From the NCBI GenBank assembly GCA_965215195.1, contig CBDCDC010000002.1:416001-480000 (forward strand): DNA of 64,000 nt, in the 5' to 3' direction. The DNA is from Candidatus Latescibacterota bacterium (lineage in GTDB: Bacteria > Latescibacterota > UBA2968 > UBA8231). Both the position numbers and the translations under genes were made by a program. This document shows positions 39,434-48,543 of the stretch, one piece after another. Below the pieces are notes generated by a model. That model was not told the DNA's origin and did no database searches. It saw nothing but the letters and a program-made list of their open reading frames with translations. Positions within the stretch are counted from its first letter, which is position 1; each line of letters starts with the position of its first letter.

Positions 39434-39994
39434 GTGAAAAAGAAATGGATCATCTCAGCCGGCGTCGTCCTGACACTCGGTGCGCTCGTCACCGTAGCAA
39501 CGGCCGAGCGCGGGGAAAAGATGCGGGCGCAGATGCTGGAGCATCTCGACCTGACCGACGAGCAGCAGGAGCAACTGAAAGAGTTGCGCGAGCAGCAGGC
39601 GGAAACCATGCGTGAGCAGCGCGCCCTGCGCGAAGCCATGATGAACATTTTGACCGACGAGCAGCAGGCCACCTTAAAAGAAATGCGCAGCAAGCGCGGC
39701 AAATTTTTCGGCCGGCGCGGCTGGGAGGGCAAGAGTCGGCACGACATGCGGCGCGGCGGTAAAAATTGGCACGACGCGCGGCGCAGTGCCCAAGGCGCGT
39801 TCTCAAGGCTGGACCTGACCGACGAGCAGAAGGAACAGCTTAGGGAATTGCGCAAGGAGCAGAGCACAGAGATGCGCGCAACGCGCCAAAAGCACCGCAC
39901 GGCCTTGGAAAGCGTCTTGACCGATGAGCAACGCGAAAAGCTCGAAGAGATGAAGGACGAGGCGTTTTACGGCGGCAGGTACGGGTTCAGGTAG
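39434..39994 (+). CDS. Spy/CpxP family periplasmic chaperone
   Basis: Signal peptide; four LTDEQ (LTxxQ) motifs. Confidence 0.85.
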   Translation: MKKKWIISAGVVLTLGALVTVATAERGEKMRAQMLEHLDLTDEQQEQLKELREQQAETMREQRALREAMMNILTDEQQATLKEMRSKRGKFFGRRGWEGKSRHDMRRGGKNWHDARRSAQGAFSRLDLTDEQKEQLRELRKEQSTEMRATRQKHRTALESVLTDEQREKLEEMKDEAFYGGRYGFR

Positions 39995-40000
39995 TAAGCG

Positions 40001-40035
40001 GCAGGCTGGGGCGATGCAACATTCGCCCCAGCTGC
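40001..40035 (+). terminator. hairpin/likely terminator
   Basis: GCTGGGGCGA...TCGCCCCAGC stem after the Spy stop; weak T-tract. Confidence 0.5.
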
Positions 40036-40136
40036 GTCCTTGTACAACGTCCATTACCCGATTTGGTAGAGCCCCCTTTTTTCGGTATATTTTGCCATAC
40101 TCCTAACCCCTAAAACGACGCGCTCTCGAGCTTCTT

Positions 40137-40979
40137 ATGATAATTGACTCGCACACCCACGCTTGGGAATACTGGCCCTACGAGCCGCCCGTGCCCGATC
40201 ACAACAGCCGCGGCCGGGCCGAGCAACTGCTGTGGGAAATGGACCGCCACGGCGTCGATAAGGCCGTGCTGGTCTGCGCCCGCATTGAGCACAATCCCCA
40301 CAACAACGACTACGTCGCCGAACAAGTCCGCGCCCATCCAAATCGCTTGGTGCAATTCGCCGACGTGGATTGCTCGTGGTCGGAAGAATACCACACCCGA
40401 GGCGCGGCCGAGCGGCTCAAAGCGGCCGCGGCAAAATACCACCTCAAGGGCTATACTCACTACGTAAAGAGCGACACCGAGTGGTTCGCATCCGCGGACG
40501 GGCTCGCGTTTTTCAGGGCCACAGCCGATCTGAATCTGATCGCCAGCTTGGCCTTGGGGCCGCAGTGGCAGCCGGCCCTGCGCGAGCTGGCGCGGCGCTT
40601 TCCGTCGGTGCCTTTTCTCTGTCACCACATGGCCGGGGCCAACGCGCGCGAGGAAGCGCCGCACCACAATCTGCAGGAGATTCTGCGCTCGGCCGAGGTG
40701 CCCAACATCTACATCAAGCTCTCGGGTTTTCACTACGCTTCGCACGTCTCGTGGGATTACCCCTACTCGGACACGCACCACATCGTGCGCCAGCTCTACG
40801 AGCACTTCGGCCCCCAACGGCTGTGCTGGGGCTCGGATTACCCAGTGGTGCGATTCAACATGACCTATCAGCACGCGCTCGAAGCATTCCGCACGCACTG
40901 CGCGTTCGTACCAGACGCGCACAAGCGCCTAATTTTGGGCCAGAACTTGGCCGGCCTGCTCGACCGAGCCGGCACTTGA
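40137..40979 (+). CDS. amidohydrolase_2 family protein
   Basis: IDSHTH, CHH, YIKLSG, WGSDYP. Confidence 0.9.
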   Translation: MIIDSHTHAWEYWPYEPPVPDHNSRGRAEQLLWEMDRHGVDKAVLVCARIEHNPHNNDYVAEQVRAHPNRLVQFADVDCSWSEEYHTRGAAERLKAAAAKYHLKGYTHYVKSDTEWFASADGLAFFRATADLNLIASLALGPQWQPALRELARRFPSVPFLCHHMAGANAREEAPHHNLQEILRSAEVPNIYIKLSGFHYASHVSWDYPYSDTHHIVRQLYEHFGPQRLCWGSDYPVVRFNMTYQHALEAFRTHCAFVPDAHKRLILGQNLAGLLDRAGT

Positions 40980-40997
40980 CCCGTCCCGCAGGTGATT

Positions 40998-42398
40998 ATG
41001 CTACCGTCCACATATCCCGCGCACGCCAGCCGCGCAATTCGCCGCTTCTTGCTCATAGGCTCAATTTTCGTCGGCTGTAGTGCCGACGGCCCGGGTCCGG
41101 TCGAGACGGCCAAGCCTAATGCGCATTCGACTTGGGACATCATCCAAACGGAAATTTTCGCCGGCCAATGCGTTAGCTGCCACGCGGCCGGGACCTCGTT
41201 TGGGCGTCAGTCGGGCCTCGTGCTCACCCCGGACGTGGCCTACGAACAGCTCGTGGGTGCTGCTCCGACCAACGCGGCCGCCGCGGCCGACGGGCTGCTG
41301 CGGGTCAGCGACCTCGGGCCGGGCCTGCCCGGCCTGCTCAAGAGCTATTTGTGGGAGAAGATCAACGCGCCCGACCAGCAGCACTTCTACGGCGACCATC
41401 CCTACTACGGGGAGCTAATGCCCTTCGGGGGCGAGTCCCTGACCAACGGCGAGTTGGCTTTTATCCGCGCTTGGATCGAGGCCGGCGCACCAGAGACGGG
41501 CCACGTGGCCGACCCGGCCCTCTTGGAGGACGAGTCGCGCTACGAGGTGCCGGAGTTCAAGCCGCTAGCCGAGCCGGAAAACGGCGTCCAATTGCACTTG
41601 CCGCCTTTTGAGATACAGCCCAACTCCGAGCGCGAAATTTTTGTCGTGCATCCACTGAACAACGAAGACGATGTATTCCTAGAGCGCGTCCAGATCGCCA
41701 TGAAGTCCGGCTCGCACCACTTCCTGCTCTATACATTCCAAGACGACATACCTCCCGAGCGCATGCCGCAACCCTACGAATATCGCGAGTTGCACAATGG
41801 CGCGGGCCAGTACGTCATTGCAACCGTGCTCACGCAGTTTTACCACCTGCCCATCGCCGGCAGCCAATGGCCTTTCTTCGATTTTGCCCTGCCGCCCGGC
41901 GTGGCGATGCGGCTGCCCAAGAACGCACTGCTCGACCTCAACTCGCACTATGTCAATCGCACCAGTCAGCCCACTACCGGCGAGGTCTATACCAACTTGC
42001 ACTTTGCCGACCCGTCTGAGGTTGAGCACGAGGCGCGTCTTTTTTCTTTGAACAACCTCGAGATCTCCCTGCCGGCCGGGGCGGTGACGACCCTAGAAAA
42101 GGATTTTACCTTTTCCGAGCGGACCCACGTTGTGCAGCTCGTTTCGCACGCCCACCAGCTCATGGTAGAATTCCGGGTCGAGATGATCGGAGGAGCGCAC
42201 GACGGCGAGCTCATCTACGTCGCTTACGACTGGGAGCACCCGCCGATCCTGAGATTCGATCCCCCGCTCGTCCTAGAGCGCGGGGAGGGCTTTAGGTTAG
42301 AAGCGACCTATGACAACTGGACCGATCAAGAGGTCAATTTCGGTTTGATGTCAACGGACGAGATGATGATTCTCTTTGGGATTTCCTACGCGGATTAG
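40998..42398 (+). CDS. lipoprotein: cytochrome c motif + copper type II monooxygenase-like domains
   Basis: FVGC lipobox, CVSCH, SHHF, NSHY, HAH, DEM. Confidence 0.75.
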   Translation: MLPSTYPAHASRAIRRFLLIGSIFVGCSADGPGPVETAKPNAHSTWDIIQTEIFAGQCVSCHAAGTSFGRQSGLVLTPDVAYEQLVGAAPTNAAAAADGLLRVSDLGPGLPGLLKSYLWEKINAPDQQHFYGDHPYYGELMPFGGESLTNGELAFIRAWIEAGAPETGHVADPALLEDESRYEVPEFKPLAEPENGVQLHLPPFEIQPNSEREIFVVHPLNNEDDVFLERVQIAMKSGSHHFLLYTFQDDIPPERMPQPYEYRELHNGAGQYVIATVLTQFYHLPIAGSQWPFFDFALPPGVAMRLPKNALLDLNSHYVNRTSQPTTGEVYTNLHFADPSEVEHEARLFSLNNLEISLPAGAVTTLEKDFTFSERTHVVQLVSHAHQLMVEFRVEMIGGAHDGELIYVAYDWEHPPILRFDPPLVLERGEGFRLEATYDNWTDQEVNFGLMSTDEMMILFGISYAD

Positions 42399-42420
42399 CC
42401 GATGGGGGCTGCGACAGGGC

Positions 42421-43074
42421 TTAATACATGTGCGGCTGCACGGCGAGGGCGAGCGACGCTTCAATGTCCCAGATGGCCTTGGTCACCTCTTGGCCAATCA
42501 AGTCCAGCTTGCGCACCTGTTCGATGCGCCCGGTCGCGCGGGCCAGCTCGCGGCTGGCCAAGAGCTTCTCGAAAATTCCGCAGGCGTCCGCCAAGCAGAT
42601 AATGACCACGTCGCGGGGGTCGGGGATCTGATCGCTGAACAGCACCTCCATGATGCGCAGCTTGACCTCTAGCTCGGCCTTGCCATCAATGGCCGGATAG
42701 CGCCGCGAGCGAAACACCCACAGGAAGCGCCCTTCCTCGCGCGCGAGAATGCCCTTCTGCACCAGCCGGCGGAGCGCGCCCTCGCGGATGTCGTTGGCGC
42801 GTGTGGCAGCGCGTTCCAGCCAGTAACGGGTATCGTGCGTCTCGGTCGCCGCGGCAATGTCGCTCAGCATTGGGTCCAGCAGGCTATCTTGCACGGGCGT
42901 ACTATCGACGAGGATCAGCTTGTCGAGGTCGGTGTCGATGCGGTCTTCGAGTGCGAGGTCCATCAGCACCCCGCCGCCCAAGGCGTACCGCACCAGCCGG
43001 TCGGGTACTCGGGCGAAGCTCCCATCTTCATCGTCGAGTAAAAGAAGCATGATCTCTTCGGCGAATCTCAGCAT
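42421..43074 (-). CDS. GPP34/GOLPH3 family protein
   Basis: FAEEIMLLLLDD.G, LMDLALEDRID, LVQKGIL..FLWVF.SRRYP. Confidence 0.85.
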   Translation of the reverse strand: MLRFAEEIMLLLLDDEDGSFARVPDRLVRYALGGGVLMDLALEDRIDTDLDKLILVDSTPVQDSLLDPMLSDIAAATETHDTRYWLERAATRANDIREGALRRLVQKGILAREEGRFLWVFRSRRYPAIDGKAELEVKLRIMEVLFSDQIPDPRDVVIICLADACGIFEKLLASRELARATGRIEQVRKLDLIGQEVTKAIWDIEASLALAVQPHMY

Positions 43075-43140
43075 GGATTACCTCGTTTAATTTTGCGGTA
43101 TCTGACGAAGAATATAGACCGCGAGTGTCGCTGGGCAAGT

Positions 43141-43216
43141 TCCTACGGTTGGTTCCTTCTGGCTGTCTTGGACCAATGAGCACAACCGCACGGCTCCAGG
43201 TCAGGATCCAGCCGAT
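43141..43216 (+). pseudogene. 76-bp relic of a subtype-B FG-GAP paralog
   Basis: Near-identical to 46138ff and 48966-49041 (PTVGSFWLSWTNEHNRTAPG). Confidence 0.85.
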
Positions 43217-43242
43217 CACGTCACGTATAGTAAGGTGTTGTC

Positions 43243-45432
43243 ATGTTGCCCATTCTCATTTGTGCATGGACGGTGCTGTTGAGTAGCCCTGCGGCGGCGA
43301 TCCGGTGGGACTTTGACGACGGGACGACGCAGGGATGGGGTGCCAAGAAACCTATTAGTTCTGGGGGGGATCATCAATTTTACCCGTTGTCTGGGGCAGT
43401 CGAAGCGGGCGTGTGGCGGATTAATGCCTTTCGTACCGACGGTCTCAGTGGCTCTGGGGCCACCTTGATTTCGCCGACGATAGGCTCTGATTCGCACCTT
43501 TTTGACCGGGTGCGGGTGCGGTTCCGCACGATCCATCCCAGTCCTACGACCGGAGCTTTACTCCTCAAATGGACCAATGAGCACAACCTCATGCACCCGG
43601 GTAGTGACCCCCTACCGGGCAGGGGTCGGTTCGCGATTCTCGCAAACGGTGCCTACGGCGAGTTCGTATATACGACCGAATGGCAAGAGTTCGAGTTTTC
43701 GTTGGTTGACATGGAGAAGAATTCCTCCGGGTATTATCCCTTATGGGAGGGGCTATTAGATGACATTCGACTGCTATTTCACTTGGAGGATATGACCGCG
43801 TCTATGATTGACCGGCTGGCTTCGACGAAGGTGGCGGCCTTGGAAGTGGATTGGATTGAGTTGACCGGGGTGGAAGAGGTGTTAGCGGGGGAATTAGCTC
43901 GGCCGCCGGTCTTCGATTTAGGCTTTGCCGGGTCGGGGGTTTTTGCACCGCCGGTATTCTATCCGATTACGCCGGACTTAGGGTTCTTTCGTCTCTTAGG
44001 TGCCGCCCAAGCAGGTGCTTTGACCGACTTAGATGAGGATGGAGACCTCGATCTGTTCTCTTTCTTTTGGGGGCTCGAAGAGAGACGAGGCGGCTGGGTT
44101 ATGGCGCACAACAACGGAGCGGGGGCTTTTGAAACCATACGCATCAAGCCAGTGGAGGGTCTAACGTATGATCCTAGGGTGTGCGTGGGCGATGTGACCG
44201 GCGATGGCCGCGACGAACTGATAATGAGTATCGAAATGTTAGACCTCGGGGTTTGGTCTATCGGAGCAGAGTTCCAGCTAGAAGAACTCGTGCAGCGACC
44301 CAATCGCCGGTTGGTGGATGTGGCCGATTGGGATGGCGACGGGCAGGTGGAGGTGTTTGCTCAACCTGTTGAGGGGGACGACTCTTTTTTGGAGGTCTGG
44401 GACCTCGCCAACGGGGAGTGGATGTTCGCCGAGTGGGCGGTTCCCGATCCGGCTTCCGGGTTGTCGTGGGCACATCAAATCGGCGATTTTACGGGCGATG
44501 GGGTGCTGAACGTGCTGTGGGGACCGCCGGCTTGGTGGGAGCCGGCGCTGTTTGAACAAGTCATCTCGCTTAGAGTGGCGGTCTTAGGGGCTGATCCTGA
44601 ACAGGGGGTGCTCTTTGAAAAGGTCATCCCGTTTTCGCTCCTCGCGGGTCGAGCGGGCGATTTTGACGGCGATGGGCACGTCGATTTACTCGCGGGCTTC
44701 CGAGAGGACTTCCAAGAGCAGCGCAAGGGCTTGGCCGTGTGGAGCAGCCTCCCCGGTGGGTTGAAACAAGAGGTGATCTATAATGAGTATCTGTTCCTGC
44801 GCTCGTCAGTGGTGGTGTGCGATCTGAATGCCGATGGGGTGGATGATTGGGTGTTTGTCGGCGGGGACTATGCGTTGGGTTTTGGCGTGTTCGTCGCATG
44901 GGGCGGCGGCTTGCATCCCACTAAAGCGGTGGAATGGTATCGCTTGTCTGGCGAGGGGGTGGATGTGGGAGCAGGGGGTGTGGCGACGGGCTTGGAGGGG
45001 AATGGCACGGCGGTGCTGCCGGGGGATGTGGATGGCGATGGCGATGTGGACTTGGTGGTGTTGGATCGGGCATTAGGGGGTGTGCATGTACTCAAGAGTC
45101 TGGTGAGTGAGCAGCCGACCGCCGTACAGACGTCGGCGGCAGCGCGGCCGGCGCAACATCGGCTGGGCGACAGCTATCCCAATCCGTTCAATCCGGCGGT
45201 GGTGATCCCCCTTGCGTTGGCGACAGACGCGGCGGAGGTGTCGCTGACGGTGTACGATGTGTTGGGTCGTCGGGTGCGGCAGGTGTGGGCTGGGCCGCTG
45301 GGGGCGGGGAGCCATCGGTTTGTGTGGGATGGCCGCGATGAGGCGGGCAAGGCGGTGGCCGCCGGGGTGTATGTCTATCAGGTCGAAGTGGACGGACAGG
45401 TGGAAGCTAAAAAGACGACCAAGCTGCCGTGA
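43243..45432 (+). CDS. secreted FG-GAP/VCBS repeat protein with YPNPFN/FlgD CTD (copy 1, subtype A)
   Basis: Signal peptide; WDFDDGTTQGW N-domain; repeated DxDGDGxxD; YPNPFNP..WDGRD. Confidence 0.85.
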   Translation: MLPILICAWTVLLSSPAAAIRWDFDDGTTQGWGAKKPISSGGDHQFYPLSGAVEAGVWRINAFRTDGLSGSGATLISPTIGSDSHLFDRVRVRFRTIHPSPTTGALLLKWTNEHNLMHPGSDPLPGRGRFAILANGAYGEFVYTTEWQEFEFSLVDMEKNSSGYYPLWEGLLDDIRLLFHLEDMTASMIDRLASTKVAALEVDWIELTGVEEVLAGELARPPVFDLGFAGSGVFAPPVFYPITPDLGFFRLLGAAQAGALTDLDEDGDLDLFSFFWGLEERRGGWVMAHNNGAGAFETIRIKPVEGLTYDPRVCVGDVTGDGRDELIMSIEMLDLGVWSIGAEFQLEELVQRPNRRLVDVADWDGDGQVEVFAQPVEGDDSFLEVWDLANGEWMFAEWAVPDPASGLSWAHQIGDFTGDGVLNVLWGPPAWWEPALFEQVISLRVAVLGADPEQGVLFEKVIPFSLLAGRAGDFDGDGHVDLLAGFREDFQEQRKGLAVWSSLPGGLKQEVIYNEYLFLRSSVVVCDLNADGVDDWVFVGGDYALGFGVFVAWGGGLHPTKAVEWYRLSGEGVDVGAGGVATGLEGNGTAVLPGDVDGDGDVDLVVLDRALGGVHVLKSLVSEQPTAVQTSAAARPAQHRLGDSYPNPFNPAVVIPLALATDAAEVSLTVYDVLGRRVRQVWAGPLGAGSHRFVWDGRDEAGKAVAAGVYVYQVEVDGQVEAKKTTKLP

Positions 45433-45498
45433 GGAGATGCGCTCTTGATACGAAAAGTCGTATGCCCCCTTGCAACACTTTGTGCGAGCTCTAGGCCG

Positions 45499-45514
45499 TG
45501 GCACGAAATAGGCG
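45499..45514 (+). promoter_or_regulatory. degenerate sigma54 promoter
   Basis: TGGCACGAAATAGGCG; homologous position to 48109. Confidence 0.6.
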
Positions 45515-45523
45515 TACATTCGA

Positions 45524-45653
45524 TTGAAGACGAGGCCGATGCAGAAGAAAGGAGGTGAGGTGATACGAACTCGTACCGGTTGTTTTCCAACACTCACTCC
45601 AGTACCGTAGCGGCAGAAGCCGCGGACGTACTGGGCAACGAAGGAGACGAATT
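45524..45653 (+). other. conserved structured leader (copy 1)
   Basis: Aligns with 48136-48266; contains AAAGGAGGTGA and a CCAGTAC..GTACTGG hairpin. Confidence 0.6.
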
Positions 45654-45698
45654 ATGGACAGTATTCGGGAATTCTTCGCGTCCTCCAGCGGCTTCTGA
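45654..45698 (+). pseudogene. internally deleted copy of the Cys-rich peptide gene (MDSIREFFASSSGF*)
   Basis: Same RBS, first 13 codons and stop context as 48267..48542, with 231 bp missing. Confidence 0.85.
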
Positions 45699-45757
45699 GG
45701 CCTCTATCCGCTATTGAAAAATAGCTATAGGGCAGGAGATGCTCACCTCTTCTCGGC

Positions 45758-45802
45758 GTCAGGGGTTCGGCGTGCATATGGCACCGAGCCCCTGACTTTT
45801 TT
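45758..45802 (+). terminator. intrinsic terminator between the peptide gene and the FG-GAP gene
   Basis: GTCAGGGG..CCCCTGAC stem + TTTTTT; homologs at 48603-48641 and about 50947-50990. Confidence 0.75.
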
Positions 45803-45817
45803 GAAAAGGAATCGGTC

Positions 45818-47941
45818 ATGTTATATCTCGTGTTACATCTCGTGCTTGTTCTAGGCATTGCGCTATGGAGCCGTTCCGCCGAGGCGCTCACGTGGGATTT
45901 CGACGACGGAACGACCCAAGGATGGGCCGCTAAAGAAACGGGTGCCGCGGGTGGTTCGGCTGAAGTCAACCTATTTCTAGGGCAGGTCCAAGACGGCGTG
46001 TGGACGATTGATGTGTCGCCCTCGGTGGCCGGGGAGAAGTATCCCACGCCGAGTGTCCAAGTGATTTCGCCTACCATCGGCTACGAGTCTCGCTTGTTCG
46101 ACCGGATCCGGGTCCGATTTCGCACCGTCCATCATCGTCCTACGGTCGGTTCCTTCTGGCTGTCTTGGACCAATGAGCACAACCGCATGGCTCCAGGTCT
46201 TGACCCAGAGAAACGAAGCAGCAGCCGGTTTTCGCTGCATGGACAAGCTGGCTTTGTCTATACCACCGAGTGGCAGGAAGTGGCGTTGACACTGCCCGTA
46301 TCAGACGGGGAGGTCGCCCCGGGCGACCGGGAGGTCTGGGAGGGGCTTTTACGGGATATTCGGCTGCATTTTAGCTTGGATTGGGGCGAGCGCGATGTGC
46401 CCCGGTCAGCGGCGGAGGTGGTCGGGGGGTTGGAGATTGACTGGATTGAGTTGACCGGCGTGGAAGAGGTATTAGCGGGGGAATTAGCCCCGCCATCGGT
46501 AGAGTATTTCCGCTTTGAGGGAGCCGGACTTTTCGCCCCGCCGATCTTCTCGCCGATTGCGCCGGGGTTAGGGGGCTTTATAGCCGAAGGGGCTGGCGTC
46601 TTGACGGACTTAGATAGAGACGGCGATCTCGACCTATTCTCTACTTGGCGTGATAGAGGATCCGGCTCAAATCCTTTCATAAGCGGCTGGGTCATGGCGC
46701 TCAGTGATGGACGAGGGGTCTTTGAAACGGTGCATACCGAGGCGACCGGATGGGTGACTTACTGGGATGTGCGGAGCGGCGATGTGACCGGCGATGGCCA
46801 AGACGAGATCGTGCTAGCCCACTCAGACATAGCGGTTTGGTCTATCGATCCAGATTTTCAGATTGAGGTACTCACTCAGCTACTTGACCACCAACTCGTA
46901 GGCTTGATAGATTGGGATGGGGACGGTGCGATCGAGTTATTTTCAGACCATATAGTGGCTGGAGGAAGAGCTTTAGAGGTCTGGGAGGTTGAGCAGGGGG
47001 AGTGGACGGGCACCCGGTTAGCGGTGGCCGAAAACCACGCGCCCTCTCGGATGGGCGACTTTACGGGCGATGGGCAATTGGATGTGCTGTGGGTTCCGTT
47101 ATTCGGCCAAGCAAATACGTGGATCGTGGCGGGCTTAGAAGCCGCGCCTAGGGAGGGCAACATCGTCTTTGAATCTGATGCGGGGACCCCTCTTCCGCTT
47201 TTAAGTGCGGGCGATTTTGATGGCGATGGGCAGGCGGACTTACTCACGGCGCTTGAATACAACTCCTATGAACGGCGCAAGGGCTTGCTTCTATGGAGAG
47301 GCCAATCAACGGGTGGCGTGGAGAAGAAGGTGATCTATGATGATCGGCTATTTCTGCGCTCGCCGGTAGTGGTGCGCGACCTCAACGGGGACGGGGTAGA
47401 TGATTGGGCGTTTGTCGGAGGGGATCGCGCCTCGGGGATCGGGGTGTTTGTCGAATGGGGTGGGGGCGCACATCCGGCCAAGGAGGTGGAACGGCATCGT
47501 TTAGTCGGCGATGGGGTACAGGTGCTGCCGGGAGATGTGGATGGCGACGGCGATGTGGACTTGGTCGTGTTAAATCCCCTCTTAGGCGGTGTGCAAGTGT
47601 TGAAGAGTTCGGCGAGGGAACAGATGACCGCGGTGCTGACAGCGGCGGCAGCGCGGCCAGCGCAACATCGGCTCGGCGACAGCTATCCCAATCCGTTCAA
47701 TCCGACGGTGGTGATCCCCCTTGAGTTGGCGACGGATGCGGTGGGGGTGTCGCTGACGGTGTACGACGTGTTGGGTCGTCGGGTGCGGCAGGTGTGGCAG
47801 GGGCCGCTGGGGGCGGGGAGCCATCGGTTTGTGTGGGATGGCCGCGACGCGGCGGGCAAGGCGGTGGCCGCCGGGGTGTATGTCTATCAGGTCGAAGTGG
47901 ACGGACAGGTGGAAGCTAAAAAGACGACCAAGCTGCCGTGA
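45818..47941 (+). CDS. FG-GAP/VCBS + YPNPFN/FlgD CTD protein (copy 2, subtype B)
   Basis: Same architecture as copy 1. Confidence 0.85.
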   Translation: MLYLVLHLVLVLGIALWSRSAEALTWDFDDGTTQGWAAKETGAAGGSAEVNLFLGQVQDGVWTIDVSPSVAGEKYPTPSVQVISPTIGYESRLFDRIRVRFRTVHHRPTVGSFWLSWTNEHNRMAPGLDPEKRSSSRFSLHGQAGFVYTTEWQEVALTLPVSDGEVAPGDREVWEGLLRDIRLHFSLDWGERDVPRSAAEVVGGLEIDWIELTGVEEVLAGELAPPSVEYFRFEGAGLFAPPIFSPIAPGLGGFIAEGAGVLTDLDRDGDLDLFSTWRDRGSGSNPFISGWVMALSDGRGVFETVHTEATGWVTYWDVRSGDVTGDGQDEIVLAHSDIAVWSIDPDFQIEVLTQLLDHQLVGLIDWDGDGAIELFSDHIVAGGRALEVWEVEQGEWTGTRLAVAENHAPSRMGDFTGDGQLDVLWVPLFGQANTWIVAGLEAAPREGNIVFESDAGTPLPLLSAGDFDGDGQADLLTALEYNSYERRKGLLLWRGQSTGGVEKKVIYDDRLFLRSPVVVRDLNGDGVDDWAFVGGDRASGIGVFVEWGGGAHPAKEVERHRLVGDGVQVLPGDVDGDGDVDLVVLNPLLGGVQVLKSSAREQMTAVLTAAAARPAQHRLGDSYPNPFNPTVVIPLELATDAVGVSLTVYDVLGRRVRQVWQGPLGAGSHRFVWDGRDAAGKAVAAGVYVYQVEVDGQVEAKKTTKLP

Positions 47942-47984
47942 GGAATAGTAGGGATAGGTTTGAAACTTTAGGTCATGGAAAAAT

Positions 47985-48020
47985 GGCCCCACGGCGATGC
48001 TTTTTGCCGTGGGGCCTTTT
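47985..48020 (+). terminator. intrinsic terminator
   Basis: GGCCCCACGGC-loop-GCCGTGGGGCC-TTTT. Confidence 0.75.
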
Positions 48021-48057
48021 GTGCGTGGTGATTAGACGCTTTAATCTTTGCGGTAAG

Positions 48058-48085
48058 AATACCCCGCTGCTTGCGGCGGGGTATT
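48058..48085. repeat. palindromic hairpin, REP/IS200-IS605-end-like
   Basis: AATACCCCGCTGC TT GCGGCGGGGTATT. Confidence 0.55.
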
Positions 48086-48108
48086 TTATTTGTATAGGGC
48101 TTAATTTT

Positions 48109-48124
48109 TGGCACGAAACTTGCA
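48109..48124 (+). promoter_or_regulatory. sigma54 promoter (perfect consensus)
   Basis: TGGCACG-AAAC-TTGCA, preceded by an AT-rich tract. Confidence 0.85.
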
Positions 48125-48135
48125 TTATACCGTCA

Positions 48136-48266
48136 TTGAAGGCGAGGCCGATACAGACGAAAGGAGGTGAGGAGGTACGAACTCGTATCGGTTGTTTTCC
48201 AACACTCATTCCAGTACCGTAGCGGCACCGAGCCGTGGACGTACTAGACAACTAAGGAGATGAATT
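48136..48266 (+). other. conserved structured leader (copy 2)
   Basis: GGCCGATAC..GTATCGGTT stem enclosing AAAGGAGGTGA, second hairpin, then the true RBS AAGGAG. Confidence 0.6.
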
Positions 48267-48542
48267 ATGGACAGTATTCGGGAATTCTTCACGTCCTCGA
48301 GCGGCTTGGCTCCGGCTCGGCGGGGGCTGGGGCTCGGGTGGGTCATCAGTGCCCTCGCGGGGATCGCCGTCCTGCTCGGGGCCAGAGGGGCCGAAGCCAA
48401 TCCTTGTCCGACCTCTCGTGATTGCAGTTTCGACGAAGATTGCCCTTCGGCCACACCGATCGAGTGCTGCACAACATGGAAATCGCCAGCTAAGAATGGT
48501 GGATGCACGATCACTGGCTATTCCTGCGTCTGCACCCTCTGA
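48267..48542 (+). CDS. exported 8-Cys peptide precursor (91 aa; predicted 47-aa mature)
   Basis: RBS AAGGAG; RR + hydrophobic h-region + AEA cleavage; mature part C-x5-C-x5-C-x7-CC-x11-C-x6-C-x-C. Confidence 0.8.
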   Translation: MDSIREFFTSSSGLAPARRGLGLGWVISALAGIAVLLGARGAEANPCPTSRDCSFDEDCPSATPIECCTTWKSPAKNGGCTITGYSCVCTL

Positions 48543-48543
48543 G

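Noticed and set aside
45560-45610. 16-aa leader peptide MIRTRTGCFPTLTPVP
   Set aside because: The start codon is absent in the second copy and SD spacing is poor; kept only as part of the RNA-leader hypothesis.
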